Below are positions 29,983-39,732 of a stretch of 64,000 nucleotides of DNA, one piece after another (within the stretch, counting starts at the first letter, position 1; each line of letters starts with the position of its first letter). The stretch lies in the IMG/VR virus record IMGVR_UViG_3300019880_000001, positions 19,914 to 83,913 of that record; one strand, 5' to 3'. The notes under the pieces are model-generated. The model had not been told where the DNA came from. It was given only the letters and a program-made list of their open reading frames with translations, and made no database searches. The position numbers and the translations under genes were made by a program. This DNA is from a virus.

Positions 29983-31332
29983 ATGACCCTGTCCTATGCG
30001 CCGTACCCGCAGGCAGTAGCCGGATCACTCGGAGACGTGGGGCTCGGCGTGTTGACGTACCCGTCGTGGATCCCGCAGACCTGCAAAAACTGTAGCGACT
30101 CCACGCTGGCGCGTTGGAAGGCCCAGATAGCTTTCGCGATGGGCTGGTACGACATTTTTCGCAACCTAGAGAAGTTTCCGACCCCCGCTCAAGCGGAACG
30201 TTTCAAACGGTTCGGTACGTACGGGAAACCCGAGTTCGCCATGGACCCGAACAACGCGTTCTGGGCTTCAACTCCTGAGCGCGTCGCAGACCACGCAGAC
30301 ATCGTGAGGCAAGCTCTGCGTCACGGCTCTTTTCACTCGAGCACGTCGTTCGATCCCGGCGGGGCTATCAAGAGCGCCATCAACACGGTCACGCACATCC
30401 CCGTCATGTCGTTGGTGAACCCCATCGACGCCGTCGTGCACAAGATCGTCGGGGACAAGGTGTACTACGCCGTCGCGAAAGCCATCGGTGGCGACAAGGT
30501 CGAAGCCGCATTGAAAGCCGGCAACCATTCGCTCTCCGATCTCTCGAAAGGATCGACGCGCGCCGAGCTCATAAATCAAGGTGTAGCGGTCGCCAAGACG
30601 GCGGTTCAGGAGAAACTCACCCCCGATCAGGTGAAGGCGGTGCTCGATTCGTTGCCTCCGGAGACCGCTCAGGCGGCTCGAGACGCACTCGCCGGCAAGA
30701 ACCCCGCGAGCGCGCCGGCGGCCCCCGCAGCCGCCCCCGCGCCGGCTCAACTACGGACGCTCGACCCGCCCAAGCGGCCCGCGGCGGCGCCTGCGCCCGC
30801 TCCCTTGAAGACGCTCGACCCCCCGAAGAGGCCAGCAGCCGCAGCGGCACCGGCCCCTTTGAAGACGCTCGATCCTCCCAAGAAGGCGCCGGTGGCTCCG
30901 GCGAAGACGGTTTCGGCAACCGTGGTCGCGCCTGCCGCGCCGGGCGCTTTCGTGTACGCCCCCTACCCGAAAAACGGCGCTCTCGGGGCGCCTCCGCCGC
31001 ACGGAGGGCACGGACACGGCGGGGGAGGTCATCACGGGGGAGGCCACGGAGGAGGGCACGTACACCCCTTCGCTCGAGGCGGCGGCGGAGGCCGAGGGTG
31101 GCGCGGCGGTCCGTGGGACTACGAGGTCATCACGACGGTCGAGACCTGCCGCACGTGGGGCGATCCGATCGACATGATGCCGGTGGAGATGTTGACCGCG
31201 GTGCGGACGGTGCTCGGCACCTCCGGCGGACGCCCGACGACCATTCGCGGGCCAGACGGTGTTCTTTACCTGATCGCGATCGAAGGCAAAGCCGTTACGG
31301 CTCGGCCGTGCATCGCTGTCGCCGCAAGCTAG
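29983..31332 (+). CDS. Modular low-complexity protein (YAPYP x2, LxTLDPPK x3, His/Gly tract)
   Basis: 449 aa ORF; repeats read directly. Confidence 0.7.
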   Translation: MTLSYAPYPQAVAGSLGDVGLGVLTYPSWIPQTCKNCSDSTLARWKAQIAFAMGWYDIFRNLEKFPTPAQAERFKRFGTYGKPEFAMDPNNAFWASTPERVADHADIVRQALRHGSFHSSTSFDPGGAIKSAINTVTHIPVMSLVNPIDAVVHKIVGDKVYYAVAKAIGGDKVEAALKAGNHSLSDLSKGSTRAELINQGVAVAKTAVQEKLTPDQVKAVLDSLPPETAQAARDALAGKNPASAPAAPAAAPAPAQLRTLDPPKRPAAAPAPAPLKTLDPPKRPAAAAAPAPLKTLDPPKKAPVAPAKTVSATVVAPAAPGAFVYAPYPKNGALGAPPPHGGHGHGGGGHHGGGHGGGHVHPFARGGGGGRGWRGGPWDYEVITTVETCRTWGDPIDMMPVEMLTAVRTVLGTSGGRPTTIRGPDGVLYLIAIEGKAVTARPCIAVAAS

Positions 31333-31360
31333 TCGCCGACACGAAAGAAGAAAGAAGCAT

Positions 31361-31954
31361 ATGAAGAAGTGGTTCTCGTTTGTCGCATTTGCCCTCGCCA
31401 TCGTGGCTATTTCCTCGATCGCAACCGCGGACGGACCCCCGTTCACGATCACGACATTCCACTCCTTCGCGACGCTCACGCCGACCAGTGTGACGCCGAC
31501 TGTATGCAAACACTCGGATGGTACGTACACGAACGTACACATTTTGAGTCAGGGGCCGATCACTTCAAACGATCAGCGAATGGTCGGAACGTTTCACGGC
31601 GATGCGATGATCTTGACGAACGCTCAGGGAATCGGCGTGTCACGAGATAAGTGGACCATCACCGACACGGCCACCGGTGCCGTCAAAGTAACGGGGGTGG
31701 CGCAGGCTCTCGACGCGGACGCAACAGGCCCGATCCACTCGGTGGTCACCGCGCGTTTTTCAGACGGCAGTTTCATGTCGACCATGGCCGTCGTTAGATT
31801 GCCTCCTCCCGGCGTTCCAGGCGCGATCACTGTGGAGTACGGCGGCGCTGTACCGTCCGATCCCGGACGCGGTGTCGTGATCAGTCGAGACTGCGGCGGG
31901 TACTTCGAAGCTGACGCGCGTGGGTACAAGATTCGCGGCGCCGGCGGCGATTGA
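31361..31954 (+). CDS. Secreted beta-rich protein
   Basis: Signal peptide MKKWFSFVAFALAIVAISSIATA. Confidence 0.7.
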   Translation: MKKWFSFVAFALAIVAISSIATADGPPFTITTFHSFATLTPTSVTPTVCKHSDGTYTNVHILSQGPITSNDQRMVGTFHGDAMILTNAQGIGVSRDKWTITDTATGAVKVTGVAQALDADATGPIHSVVTARFSDGSFMSTMAVVRLPPPGVPGAITVEYGGAVPSDPGRGVVISRDCGGYFEADARGYKIRGAGGD

Positions 31955-31964
31955 ATCGACTCCA

Positions 31965-32411
31965 ATGGCCCAAAAAACAGATCTTCCAGGCTGGTTCCCG
32001 TTCGCCGTCGTGGCCTCATTCCTCGTGATGGTCGGCGCCGGCATGAAATCGGGCTGGAAGATCTCCGGCAACGAGCCCCCGCCCCCTCCCCCTCCGATAC
32101 CACCGGGAACGCCGCAAGTGAAGCAGGCGGGCGCTCTGCAAGACTGGGGGCTCGGTTCGTCGGGCAGGTGGTTCTTCTGGTACGTGCTCCCCGTCGGAGC
32201 GACCGCGTACGGTGCGAAGGGCCCCGAGTACCTGACCGATCAAGGCGCGTTTCAGCTCGAGTTCGACACGCGCTCCGCATCGCTCGGAGTGCAGCTCTAC
32301 CGTTACGTGTGGATTCCAGCGCTAGGAGTATGGGTCTACGACTCGCGCAACGAGCCTTCGCTCCTAGCATCGCGTGAAATACGCGATCAGCAGGGCGCCG
32401 TAGTCGGATAA
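31965..32411 (+). CDS. Membrane-anchored protein
   Basis: N-terminal TM, poly-Pro linker, Trp/Tyr-rich domain. Confidence 0.65.
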   Translation: MAQKTDLPGWFPFAVVASFLVMVGAGMKSGWKISGNEPPPPPPPIPPGTPQVKQAGALQDWGLGSSGRWFFWYVLPVGATAYGAKGPEYLTDQGAFQLEFDTRSASLGVQLYRYVWIPALGVWVYDSRNEPSLLASREIRDQQGAVVG

Positions 32412-32462
32412 CGGGGCAATTCGCCTCGCCCTCTCAGGCCGGAGCGAGGCTACGCTTCGAAG

Positions 32463-32675
32463 ATGCTCGCACTCCTTTTCAGCCTGCTCGTGCTCGCCAT
32501 TCTGATTTGGGGTGGCGATCGACTGCTCGCGCTCGCGCCAGGTTCTCCGAAGCTCATAGCGGCAATCCGCATCATCGCGATCGTGTGTGTTGCGCTCTAC
32601 GTGCTCTCGCTGATCGCCGGCTTCTTCGGCGTAGCGGTGCCTCTGTTTCCTACCGTCGTCCGTAGTCGGCATTGA
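32463..32675 (+). CDS. Small 2-TM membrane protein
   Basis: Two hydrophobic helices; TACGCT 6 nt upstream. Confidence 0.65.
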   Translation: MLALLFSLLVLAILIWGGDRLLALAPGSPKLIAAIRIIAIVCVALYVLSLIAGFFGVAVPLFPTVVRSRH

Positions 32676-32773
32676 GCGATCCCGCCGCGAGTACGGACAA
32701 CGTCATCAGCATGCCTCGGGCTCGGCGGAAGCGAGCGACGGGGTCGTAGCGCGACCAGAACTTGGGGTGCATT

Positions 32774-33019
32774 TCACCGGCAGGCTTGACGCTCTTCGAG
32801 CCAGCGAAGCGTAGCCGCGTCTGCGTCGGGGCAATCCTCAGCGTTGCCGGCCTGCACGCATGCGAGGACGGCGGGGATGACCTGAGACGTCATCTCGGCG
32901 CGCTGGAGCTCGACCTGCGCTGCGGAACAGTGCCCGATGCCAAAGCGGGGCGGGGGCGTTCCTTTGGAGCAAGCCGAAATCGCGAGAGCCCAAATACCGA
33001 TGCCGATCAGGTGTTTCAT
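32774..33019 (-). CDS. Small lipoprotein
   Basis: MKHLIGIGIWALAISAC lipobox. Confidence 0.55.
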   Translation of the reverse strand: MKHLIGIGIWALAISACSKGTPPPRFGIGHCSAAQVELQRAEMTSQVIPAVLACVQAGNAEDCPDADAATLRWLEERQACR

Positions 33020-33045
33020 GTTCTTCCTTTTTACCACGGATGCTC

Positions 33046-33405
33046 TCACCGTTCCCACGGCAACTTGACCTTCGCAGCTCGCGCGCGTTGTTCCGCCTGA
33101 CGTTCGGGCGAAAGATTCGAGAACAGGTTCGCCGGCTTCTCGTCAGGCGCCCCGCGCTTTCGAAGATCAGCCAGATGCCAAATCTCTGCTATCTTGTCGC
33201 GTTGCGCTTGCGAAAAAACGGGAGGGGAGATGTCGTCCATGCTCGCGATGAATCGACGCTCCCACCCAGAGAAGTGAGTGCCGCCGCGTTCAGGCGAGAC
33301 GTTCGCGAGCACCACTAGATCTTCGAGTTGCTTCAGAGCGGCCGTGTCGTTGCGGAGCTCGAGGATGGTAGGGCAGTCTTCGGTTGTCGGTTTTCGCTTG
33401 TTCAC
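33046..33405 (-). CDS. Hypothetical protein
   Basis: GTG after GGAGG; FSGWERRFIASM...FSQAQRDKI motif. Confidence 0.55.
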   Translation of the reverse strand: MNKRKPTTEDCPTILELRNDTAALKQLEDLVVLANVSPERGGTHFSGWERRFIASMDDISPPVFSQAQRDKIAEIWHLADLRKRGAPDEKPANLFSNLSPERQAEQRARAAKVKLPWER

Positions 33406-33686
33406 GAAGCCTCCTTCTTGAAGTGATCCTCGCAGATGTTGAGGAGATGATCCTTCTTTCCGTGTTGAATCACCTGTCTCGTCGCCATGTTCGGGCATGC
33501 ACGCCACCGTTTCGTACCATCCGAGTCGATGTGCGGTTTGTCGGGCGGATCGAGGCACAACTCGCAAAAGTTGATGTCCCACCAGCGGGATTCTCCTCGA
33601 TCTAGACGATCCTCGCATTTGTGACAGCCCCAGCTCGCACCGGCTTTGGCGTCGAGCCTACCGCACGCAGGACACCGCTCTGTCAC
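33402..33686 (-). CDS. Cys-rich Zn-finger-like protein
   Basis: CPAC, CHKC, CELC, CEDH. Confidence 0.45.
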   Translation of the reverse strand: MTERCPACGRLDAKAGASWGCHKCEDRLDRGESRWWDINFCELCLDPPDKPHIDSDGTKRWRACPNMATRQVIQHGKKDHLLNICEDHFKKEAS

Positions 33687-33841
33687 GGCGGTGGGGCTAT
33701 CCTGATCGCAGCAGACCCATCTTTTCGGAGCTCCACGTCGCAGCGTACGACTTCGGTGAGCTCGATCATCCCACCGCGTTGAGCCCACACGATGAGGGCC
33801 TCTTTCACCTGCAATGGCGTCAGCAGTGCTGTTTTCTTCAT
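33683..33841 (-). CDS. Small hypothetical protein
   Basis: MKKTALLTPLQV..., coupled overlaps. Confidence 0.45.
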   Translation of the reverse strand: MKKTALLTPLQVKEALIVWAQRGGMIELTEVVRCDVELRKDGSAAIRIAPPP

Positions 33842-33866
33842 TTTTCGACTTTCGTTTCTTCGCGAG

Positions 33867-34070
33867 TCATCGCCGGTCCGTCGCCCCACTTCGGAAGCGT
33901 TGGATGAACCAATCGATCGACCATTGTGGTGGAAGAACCCCATCGTTCACTGCGGCAAGAATGTTCGCAGCGGCTTGTGCCGCGAACGGCGCCCACCCTA
34001 ATGCGATGCACTCCAACTCCGCGCGCTCTTCGGGCGTGATGATGTCGAGCCCGGTACCGCAGGGGATCAT
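33867..34070 (-). CDS. Small hypothetical protein
   Basis: ATGA overlap with the ATPase stop. Confidence 0.45.
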   Translation of the reverse strand: MIPCGTGLDIITPEERAELECIALGWAPFAAQAAANILAAVNDGVLPPQWSIDWFIQRFRSGATDRR

Positions 34071-35815
34071 CCGAGCTCCTCGGGCAATCGAAGCTCTCCG
34101 CGCCCTTCGACCAGCTCCAGCGTTCGCATTCGAGACAGGTAGGTCGAGAACGTTCCACTGCGATGAGAGATACCCGCCGCTTCGCCGAGTTGTTCGTTCG
34201 TCAGGCTTCTTGGGTAGACTTCGGCGAGCGCCGCCAGCATTCGACTAGCCCCGCCGCCGAGCTCGTGAAGCCAATACCGCAACAACTCGCGGCCTTCCGG
34301 TAGCGGCTCGAAGTTTCCCAGTGCCTCGCGTCCAAGTGCCGTCAGCGAGCGCGTGTCTCCTTGATCGGCGATCCAACCCTCCGAGCGCCCGCGCGAGAGA
34401 TACGTTGAGAAAGTCCCTGAGCGTGACGAGAGCCCTGCTCGAACGCCGAGTTGACGGTTCGTCAGACCCGGCCGTTGAGCGAGAGCGATCATCATACGCC
34501 TCAGGCCGCCGCCAACGGTAGACGCACCGGAGTACGGTTTCGCTGCACTGCCGTTCGTTTTCGTCACGAGGTTCTTTGCGGCTTCGTGTTCCACGCGCGC
34601 AGTGACCGGCGGAGGTTGTGCCTTCGCGAGTTGACTGGAGTTTCTCGGCAACGCCCTACGGGCTTTGGCCTCGGCTGTTTTCACCAGCGCGTTCGCGCCG
34701 GAGATCGCACCGGACAAACTGCTCAACACCATACGGGCCTGGTCGAGCGCCGGCATGATAGCCACGATCGCCGCGACCGTTTCTGCGTCCGTAGTCGGAA
34801 CTTGAATGATCTTCGCGGGACCCGACGGGCCGGGCGATGGCGTCTTCTTCAGTGTTTTTTCGTACTCTACGATCTGTTTGCCCAACTCGATGATCCGCCT
34901 GCGAAGCTCCTTCGGGTCTTCGGCCTTCGCCCGCTCGACGACGTCGGCCATCGCCGCGGTGAGCCCCTTCAAGTCGATCGGCGTCAGCTTCTTTTGCTTG
35001 AATGCTTTCCCGCCGACCTTCGGCGTCGCCGACGTATCGAGCGTCTCGATCGGAAGGATGCGTACGATCTTCGAGATCTTGAGCCACTGCGGGCTCCACA
35101 CATACGGGGCTCCTACCTCGAGCGTCGGGAGGACGTCCGCCAGCTTTCCCTCGAACCCCTTGTCGCTCAACCAGTACTGGAGCGCTTTTCGTTCGTGAGG
35201 ACCGTTCATTTGAAATGCGAACACGCACTCGGCCTGGTTGAGCGCTTTCTTAGAGATCTCCTGAGGCCGCTGCGAGATGAAGCTGATCCCAACACCGTGC
35301 GGGCGCCCCTGCTTCGCGAGCCGTTGAAACTCGTGAAGCATTTGCTCTTCTCCGCGTTGGCAATTCTCTGGAACGAAATCTTGGCACTCCTCGAGCACCA
35401 GATGTACGGCGCCGGGCGCCGCCTTCTTTCGTTGGAAAAAGCGACGAGCGAAAGCCGTCGCGAACCGGGTGCGTTCGGCGTCGAGCATTTGGCTCACGTC
35501 GAGCACTACGCTGATGCCGCGATCGACGATCAAGTTGGCTACGAGCTCGCCAGCGGCGGGCTCTAGCGGAATGTCCCCGTGCAGGCCGCCGAACACTGGG
35601 ATCTTGAATGCCTTCGGACCGAGACGGAGGCCCGCCCATCCACCGGACCCGTCCAAGACCACGACCTGCGCCTTGGCACGCAGCATTTGCTCGACCATGC
35701 GCTTGCACCCGAACGTCTTCCCCGATCCGGTTCTGCCGAGGTACGCGAGCTTTTGCGTGACCGCATCGAGCGGAAGCGCGAGTGTACTGGAGATTCGAAG
35801 CGTGCTTGCTCTCAT
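34067..35815 (-). CDS. HerA/FtsK-superfamily ATPase (DUF87-like) with two C-terminal winged-HTH repeats
   Basis: Walker A GRTGSGKT, Walker B LVLEECQDF, R..G and SQRP; SGTFSTYLSR x2. Confidence 0.85.
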   Translation of the reverse strand: MRASTLRISSTLALPLDAVTQKLAYLGRTGSGKTFGCKRMVEQMLRAKAQVVVLDGSGGWAGLRLGPKAFKIPVFGGLHGDIPLEPAAGELVANLIVDRGISVVLDVSQMLDAERTRFATAFARRFFQRKKAAPGAVHLVLEECQDFVPENCQRGEEQMLHEFQRLAKQGRPHGVGISFISQRPQEISKKALNQAECVFAFQMNGPHERKALQYWLSDKGFEGKLADVLPTLEVGAPYVWSPQWLKISKIVRILPIETLDTSATPKVGGKAFKQKKLTPIDLKGLTAAMADVVERAKAEDPKELRRRIIELGKQIVEYEKTLKKTPSPGPSGPAKIIQVPTTDAETVAAIVAIMPALDQARMVLSSLSGAISGANALVKTAEAKARRALPRNSSQLAKAQPPPVTARVEHEAAKNLVTKTNGSAAKPYSGASTVGGGLRRMMIALAQRPGLTNRQLGVRAGLSSRSGTFSTYLSRGRSEGWIADQGDTRSLTALGREALGNFEPLPEGRELLRYWLHELGGGASRMLAALAEVYPRSLTNEQLGEAAGISHRSGTFSTYLSRMRTLELVEGRGELRLPEELG

Positions 35816-35826
35816 CAACGACTCCT

Positions 35827-36045
35827 TCACGTCACAGGTTCTTCGCGCGTGCGATCCACGACCCATCGCACATCGGCTACGCTGACGCCGGCGAGCGCGA
35901 TCAGCGACGGTGAGTAGAGATCGCCACCGACGAGCTGCCAGATCCGACGCTCTTGGTAGAGCACCGTGCCGTACTGCGAATGCTCGCCGGTATCCCAACC
36001 CTTCGCGAAGAAGAGCCGCATGGCCCACTTGAACGCGGTGCTCAC
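35827..36045 (-). CDS. Hypothetical protein
   Basis: Coupled small ORF. Confidence 0.45.
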   Translation of the reverse strand: MSTAFKWAMRLFFAKGWDTGEHSQYGTVLYQERRIWQLVGGDLYSPSLIALAGVSVADVRWVVDRTREEPVT

Positions 36046-36209
36046 CGGGAAGCCTCGAGCATGTACCAGATCAACTGGACGCTGCCGACAGCACCGGACT
36101 TCGTCGAGAATTCAATGTACGGCGCGCCGTTAGCTCCCGCCACGACGTAGGCGACGATGACACCGTCGTCTTGCAGGCGCTTCAGGATTCGTTCGAAGAT
36201 CTCAATCAT
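36042..36209 (-). CDS. Hypothetical protein
   Basis: MIEIFERILK..., coupled. Confidence 0.45.
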   Translation of the reverse strand: MIEIFERILKRLQDDGVIVAYVVAGANGAPYIEFSTKSGAVGSVQLIWYMLEASR

Positions 36210-36489
36210 CGTCGAGCTCCGGTTCGTAGAAGATCTTCGTGACGGGACACTTCGCTGCGCGCGCGCGAGCCTTGTGGAATTGAACGCCACACTTCTTCGA
36301 CGTCGCCTCCTTAGGCGCGCAAGGTTGCCCCGGAAGCGCGAGACACGTCTTGCACGAGTAGGACATCACGCGAACGACGTACTGCGCGAAAGTCTCCTTG
36401 TTCTTGTCGAGCCTCCGCTTCATTTCTTGCGAGGGTTCGAACGTCACTGCACGTTCGACGCAGCGGAGGAAGACGGAAGTGTCGTTCAT
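36202..36489 (-). CDS. Zn-finger-like protein
   Basis: CKTCLALPGQPC...FHKAR. Confidence 0.55.
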   Translation of the reverse strand: MNDTSVFLRCVERAVTFEPSQEMKRRLDKNKETFAQYVVRVMSYSCKTCLALPGQPCAPKEATSKKCGVQFHKARARAAKCPVTKIFYEPELDDD

Positions 36490-37556
36490 CGTTTCGGCCC
36501 CCGAGCAATAGCCTCGTCGATCAGCCCGCGCGCAGCAGACTCTTCGATGAGGCCGGCACGGCGGATGTACCCGCGCATTTGTTTCACCGACTGGTGCCCC
36601 GTCGCTTCCATGATGTCTGCCTCGGGGCGCCCCATCCTGTGCGCTGTGGAGATGAACCCGCTGCGCAGCGAGTGGCCTCCAAAGTCGGCCGGATCGAGCC
36701 CGAGCCGTTTCACGTAGTGCTGCACGCGTTTCGCGACACCTTCGGGGGCGAGGCCGGCTTCCGAGACCTTTCCGGTGTTGATGTCAACCCCCCTGAACAT
36801 TGGCCCCGTTTCGATCTTCGAAAGGTCGAGCCAACGCCGTAGAGCGCGCACGGCGCAGTACCGCTCGTCGGCGGCGGGCGTCAGCGCAACGACGAGCCCC
36901 TTGCCGGTCTGATCGGCCTTGCTGCGGGGGATGCGCCACCGAATGCCCCCCTCGACGTCCTCGAAGTGCTCGACGCGCGCGGCGGTGATCTCGCTCCGCC
37001 GCCGACCGCCGCCCTGCCAACCGACGAGTAGCATCGCGCGATCTCTAACGCCGCGAAGGTCGTCGCTTATCAAGTCGCACACCCGAAGCAGCAACGCCTC
37101 TCCGTGTGCGCCTAGATCGCGCTTCTGCTTTTTCGGCGCGGTTCCCTTCGTTCGCGCCAGCGTGTCACGTGTCGACTCGATAAGTGGGTGCTTCCAGATA
37201 CTTGCGTGCCCGGCTTTCTGATTGCTCCGGCAGATCGCTGCGAGGGCACGCATCAACGCACTGTGGCCGAGCGGCCCCTTCACCTTGCCGCTCGGTACGT
37301 CCTCGGGGGAACGCCCACGCTCGGCGAGCTCTTGCAGGTAGATCCGAACGACGCGGGGCTCGGCCGGCGTCGGGCGAAGGCCGTGGCGAGCGCACCAGGA
37401 GGCAAAGCAGGCCAGATCGAGCTCGTAGGCTCTCCTGGTGTTCGCGGGGACCGCGGCATCGGCCGCCTCCTCCGCTCGCGCGTCGAGCGCGAGAAGCTCG
37501 CTTTGCGCTTCTGTGAGCTCGTGCTCGGTAGTTTTGGTTATCTGGTTATCAGCCAC
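36486..37556 (-). CDS. Tyrosine recombinase (Cre-like, SAM-like N-domain)
   Basis: NTRRAY..D...F..WC; RDRAMLL..RRSEI, RSKADQ, GHSLRSG, TGHQS, GYIR: full R-K-H-R-H-Y set. Confidence 0.95.
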   Translation of the reverse strand: MADNQITKTTEHELTEAQSELLALDARAEEAADAAVPANTRRAYELDLACFASWCARHGLRPTPAEPRVVRIYLQELAERGRSPEDVPSGKVKGPLGHSALMRALAAICRSNQKAGHASIWKHPLIESTRDTLARTKGTAPKKQKRDLGAHGEALLLRVCDLISDDLRGVRDRAMLLVGWQGGGRRRSEITAARVEHFEDVEGGIRWRIPRSKADQTGKGLVVALTPAADERYCAVRALRRWLDLSKIETGPMFRGVDINTGKVSEAGLAPEGVAKRVQHYVKRLGLDPADFGGHSLRSGFISTAHRMGRPEADIMEATGHQSVKQMRGYIRRAGLIEESAARGLIDEAIARGPKR

Positions 37557-37563
37557 GCGAAGC

Positions 37564-37597
37564 CCCGTACGTGAGAACCAGGCTTATCACGTACGGG
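37564..37597. other. lox/dif-like recombination site
   Basis: CCCGTACGTGAGAA-ccaggc-TTATCACGTACGGG: 14-bp arms (1 mismatch), 6-bp spacer, 7 bp upstream of the recombinase start. Confidence 0.7.
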
Positions 37598-37778
37598 TTT
37601 CGGACGTCCAGCGTCCTCCAAATCGGGCCCATACAGGCCGATTACACACGCGCGTCGCGCAGGGACCCCGGTTCTTCACACGGCCCGGACATGGCGTTTA
37701 CGTGGCGTCGACACGGTGTTTTACACGGACCGTCCGGTGTCACCCCCTAGGACACGTCCCCCGGTGTACCCTCTGGGC

Positions 37779-39269
37779 ATGGCCGATCAGCTCGTGCTCG
37801 CGTGGACCGTCGACGTCACTAACACCACTCTCGGCCCCGCGGCGGCTGCGACAGCGCTCGGAGCGGTGCCTCTCTACCTGAACGCGACCACCGACCCGGT
37901 GCTCGGGCAAATGTTCGGCCTCACCGTCGCCAGCGACGTCGTCAGTACGCCCGGAGGGGCCATCGCGAAGCGCACGCTGACGCTAAACATGACGCACGCA
38001 CACACGCCGACTGCACCGCCCCCATTCCCGTGCAGCCCACGCACCACGACGCCGCCCGTACTCCCGTACCCGCTGCGCTCGACGAAGACGCTCCCCGGTT
38101 CGTTCTTCGTCACGCAGGGATCGACGGCCGTTCCGACGACGATGACGCAGCTTCCTTCGCTCTCCACCGGCGACAGCATCCAGTTTCTCTCTCAGCCAGG
38201 CGTCTTCTACACGGTCGCAGGCGGATCGACGGCGACTGCGATCAACATCACGGCGCCGTACACCGGCACGACAGGCAACACCGGCGCCTTCAAAGAAATC
38301 TCAGACCCCGTTTCGATCGCGGCGATCTATTCGACCTCGGATCTCGACACCGCCGGCGTCGCGACCGTCCCTGCAATCCCAGCGGGCTCTGGAGCCCGAA
38401 CGGTAGCCATCACGTACACGGACTCGACCGGAGCCACAGGCCGAGCCGCGACTGCTTCGCTCACCGGCAGACGCCCGGCCGCTATCGCGTTCACGAACGG
38501 GAACGGCATCATCAGCGCGATCGAAAACATCGCCATCGCAACCACCGGCGCGTTCCACAACAACATCGGCGAGATCACGATCGTCGAACTCTCGAGCGCG
38601 CTCCCCGCAATCCCCGCGAACGCAACGCCCGGCACCGGTGTCGGCGCGGGGCAAGGGGATCGCACGTTCTTCGTGCTCACCGACGAGGCGCAGATGCTCA
38701 TCACGCGCTCGCTCGCGTACTTGCCTCCGAGCTACTTTGCGCTCGCACAGCAAGGGGCGAGCAACCCGCAACGTCGGGGCGACTTCATCGTCACGACGGG
38801 CTCGAAGAACGTACCCACGACGATCGATCAGACGGACGCGCTAGGTGTCAGCGCCGTCATTCGATTCGCCTCTCAGCCGGACAAGGACTACACGGTCGCG
38901 CAAGTAACCGCGAAGATCGTGACGCTCACCGAAGAGTACACGGGCATCGACGACAACTTCACGGGCCCCAAGAACGTCGGAACGAACAGCAACAACGGGA
39001 CGATGGGCAACATTGGGACCGAGGTCATCAACAAGAAGACCGGCGCGATCCTTATCACCCCGTCAGCGGCGGCAGAACCGACGCACGATCAACTCGCGGG
39101 GCTGATGGCACAGTTCGTCCAAACCGCGACCGCCGCGCCCCCGTTGAACCCGCCGCTCACCCCCTCGACGATCCCAGCGCCCACATTCTTGAGCGGGCTC
39201 TTCACGCGCCAGCTCCAGCTCGCGATTGCCGGAGTGCCGGTCGTACCCCAAACGATCACGTTCCTCTAA
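37779..39269 (+). CDS. Thr/Ala/Gly-rich structural-like protein with duplicated beta module
   Basis: GSFFVTQGSTAVPTT..Q...IQFLSQP..YTV and GDFIVTTGSKNVPTT..Q...IRFASQP..YTV; TACCCT 6 nt before ATG. Confidence 0.7.
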   Translation: MADQLVLAWTVDVTNTTLGPAAAATALGAVPLYLNATTDPVLGQMFGLTVASDVVSTPGGAIAKRTLTLNMTHAHTPTAPPPFPCSPRTTTPPVLPYPLRSTKTLPGSFFVTQGSTAVPTTMTQLPSLSTGDSIQFLSQPGVFYTVAGGSTATAINITAPYTGTTGNTGAFKEISDPVSIAAIYSTSDLDTAGVATVPAIPAGSGARTVAITYTDSTGATGRAATASLTGRRPAAIAFTNGNGIISAIENIAIATTGAFHNNIGEITIVELSSALPAIPANATPGTGVGAGQGDRTFFVLTDEAQMLITRSLAYLPPSYFALAQQGASNPQRRGDFIVTTGSKNVPTTIDQTDALGVSAVIRFASQPDKDYTVAQVTAKIVTLTEEYTGIDDNFTGPKNVGTNSNNGTMGNIGTEVINKKTGAILITPSAAAEPTHDQLAGLMAQFVQTATAAPPLNPPLTPSTIPAPTFLSGLFTRQLQLAIAGVPVVPQTITFL

Positions 39270-39546
39270 ACGACTTCGAGCGCCCCGCCGACTCGTCGGA
39301 TCTGCACACGAAAGATCCGCTCTCCCCCGAGGACGGCCCAAGAAACATGGGGCTGCGCGTCCTTCTCTCCTTGCCGCCAAAGCTCGACGAGCCGTTTGGC
39401 GACCGCATGTTCCTGATCGACCGGTTCAGGAAGATCGCTCGAAGGGACGGGTTTACCGCTCGCGAGCGCATGCACCCGCGTCAGAAGCTTCGATGCGATG
39501 CGAAGAGGGTGGCCTTCTTTGATTGAAATCACGGTTGTCGCCTCCA

Positions 39547-39732
39547 CTACGCTTTTAGCACACGCCGTCGGAGAGAAGCTCGGACTTGTGCGACGGCCTT
39601 TTCCATGCGGCGCATATCGACGTCGTCGTCGCACTCGTCCTCGAGCACCCCTAGGTCTACGTTGTGCTCGAGTTCGGCAAGAAGGCGCTCCCAGATCGCA
39701 CGGCGCGCATCGACGACTTTGCAGAACTTCAT
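39547..39732 (-). CDS. Hypothetical protein
   Basis: Coupled small ORF. Confidence 0.45.
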   Translation of the reverse strand: MKFCKVVDARRAIWERLLAELEHNVDLGVLEDECDDDVDMRRMEKAVAQVRASLRRRVLKA

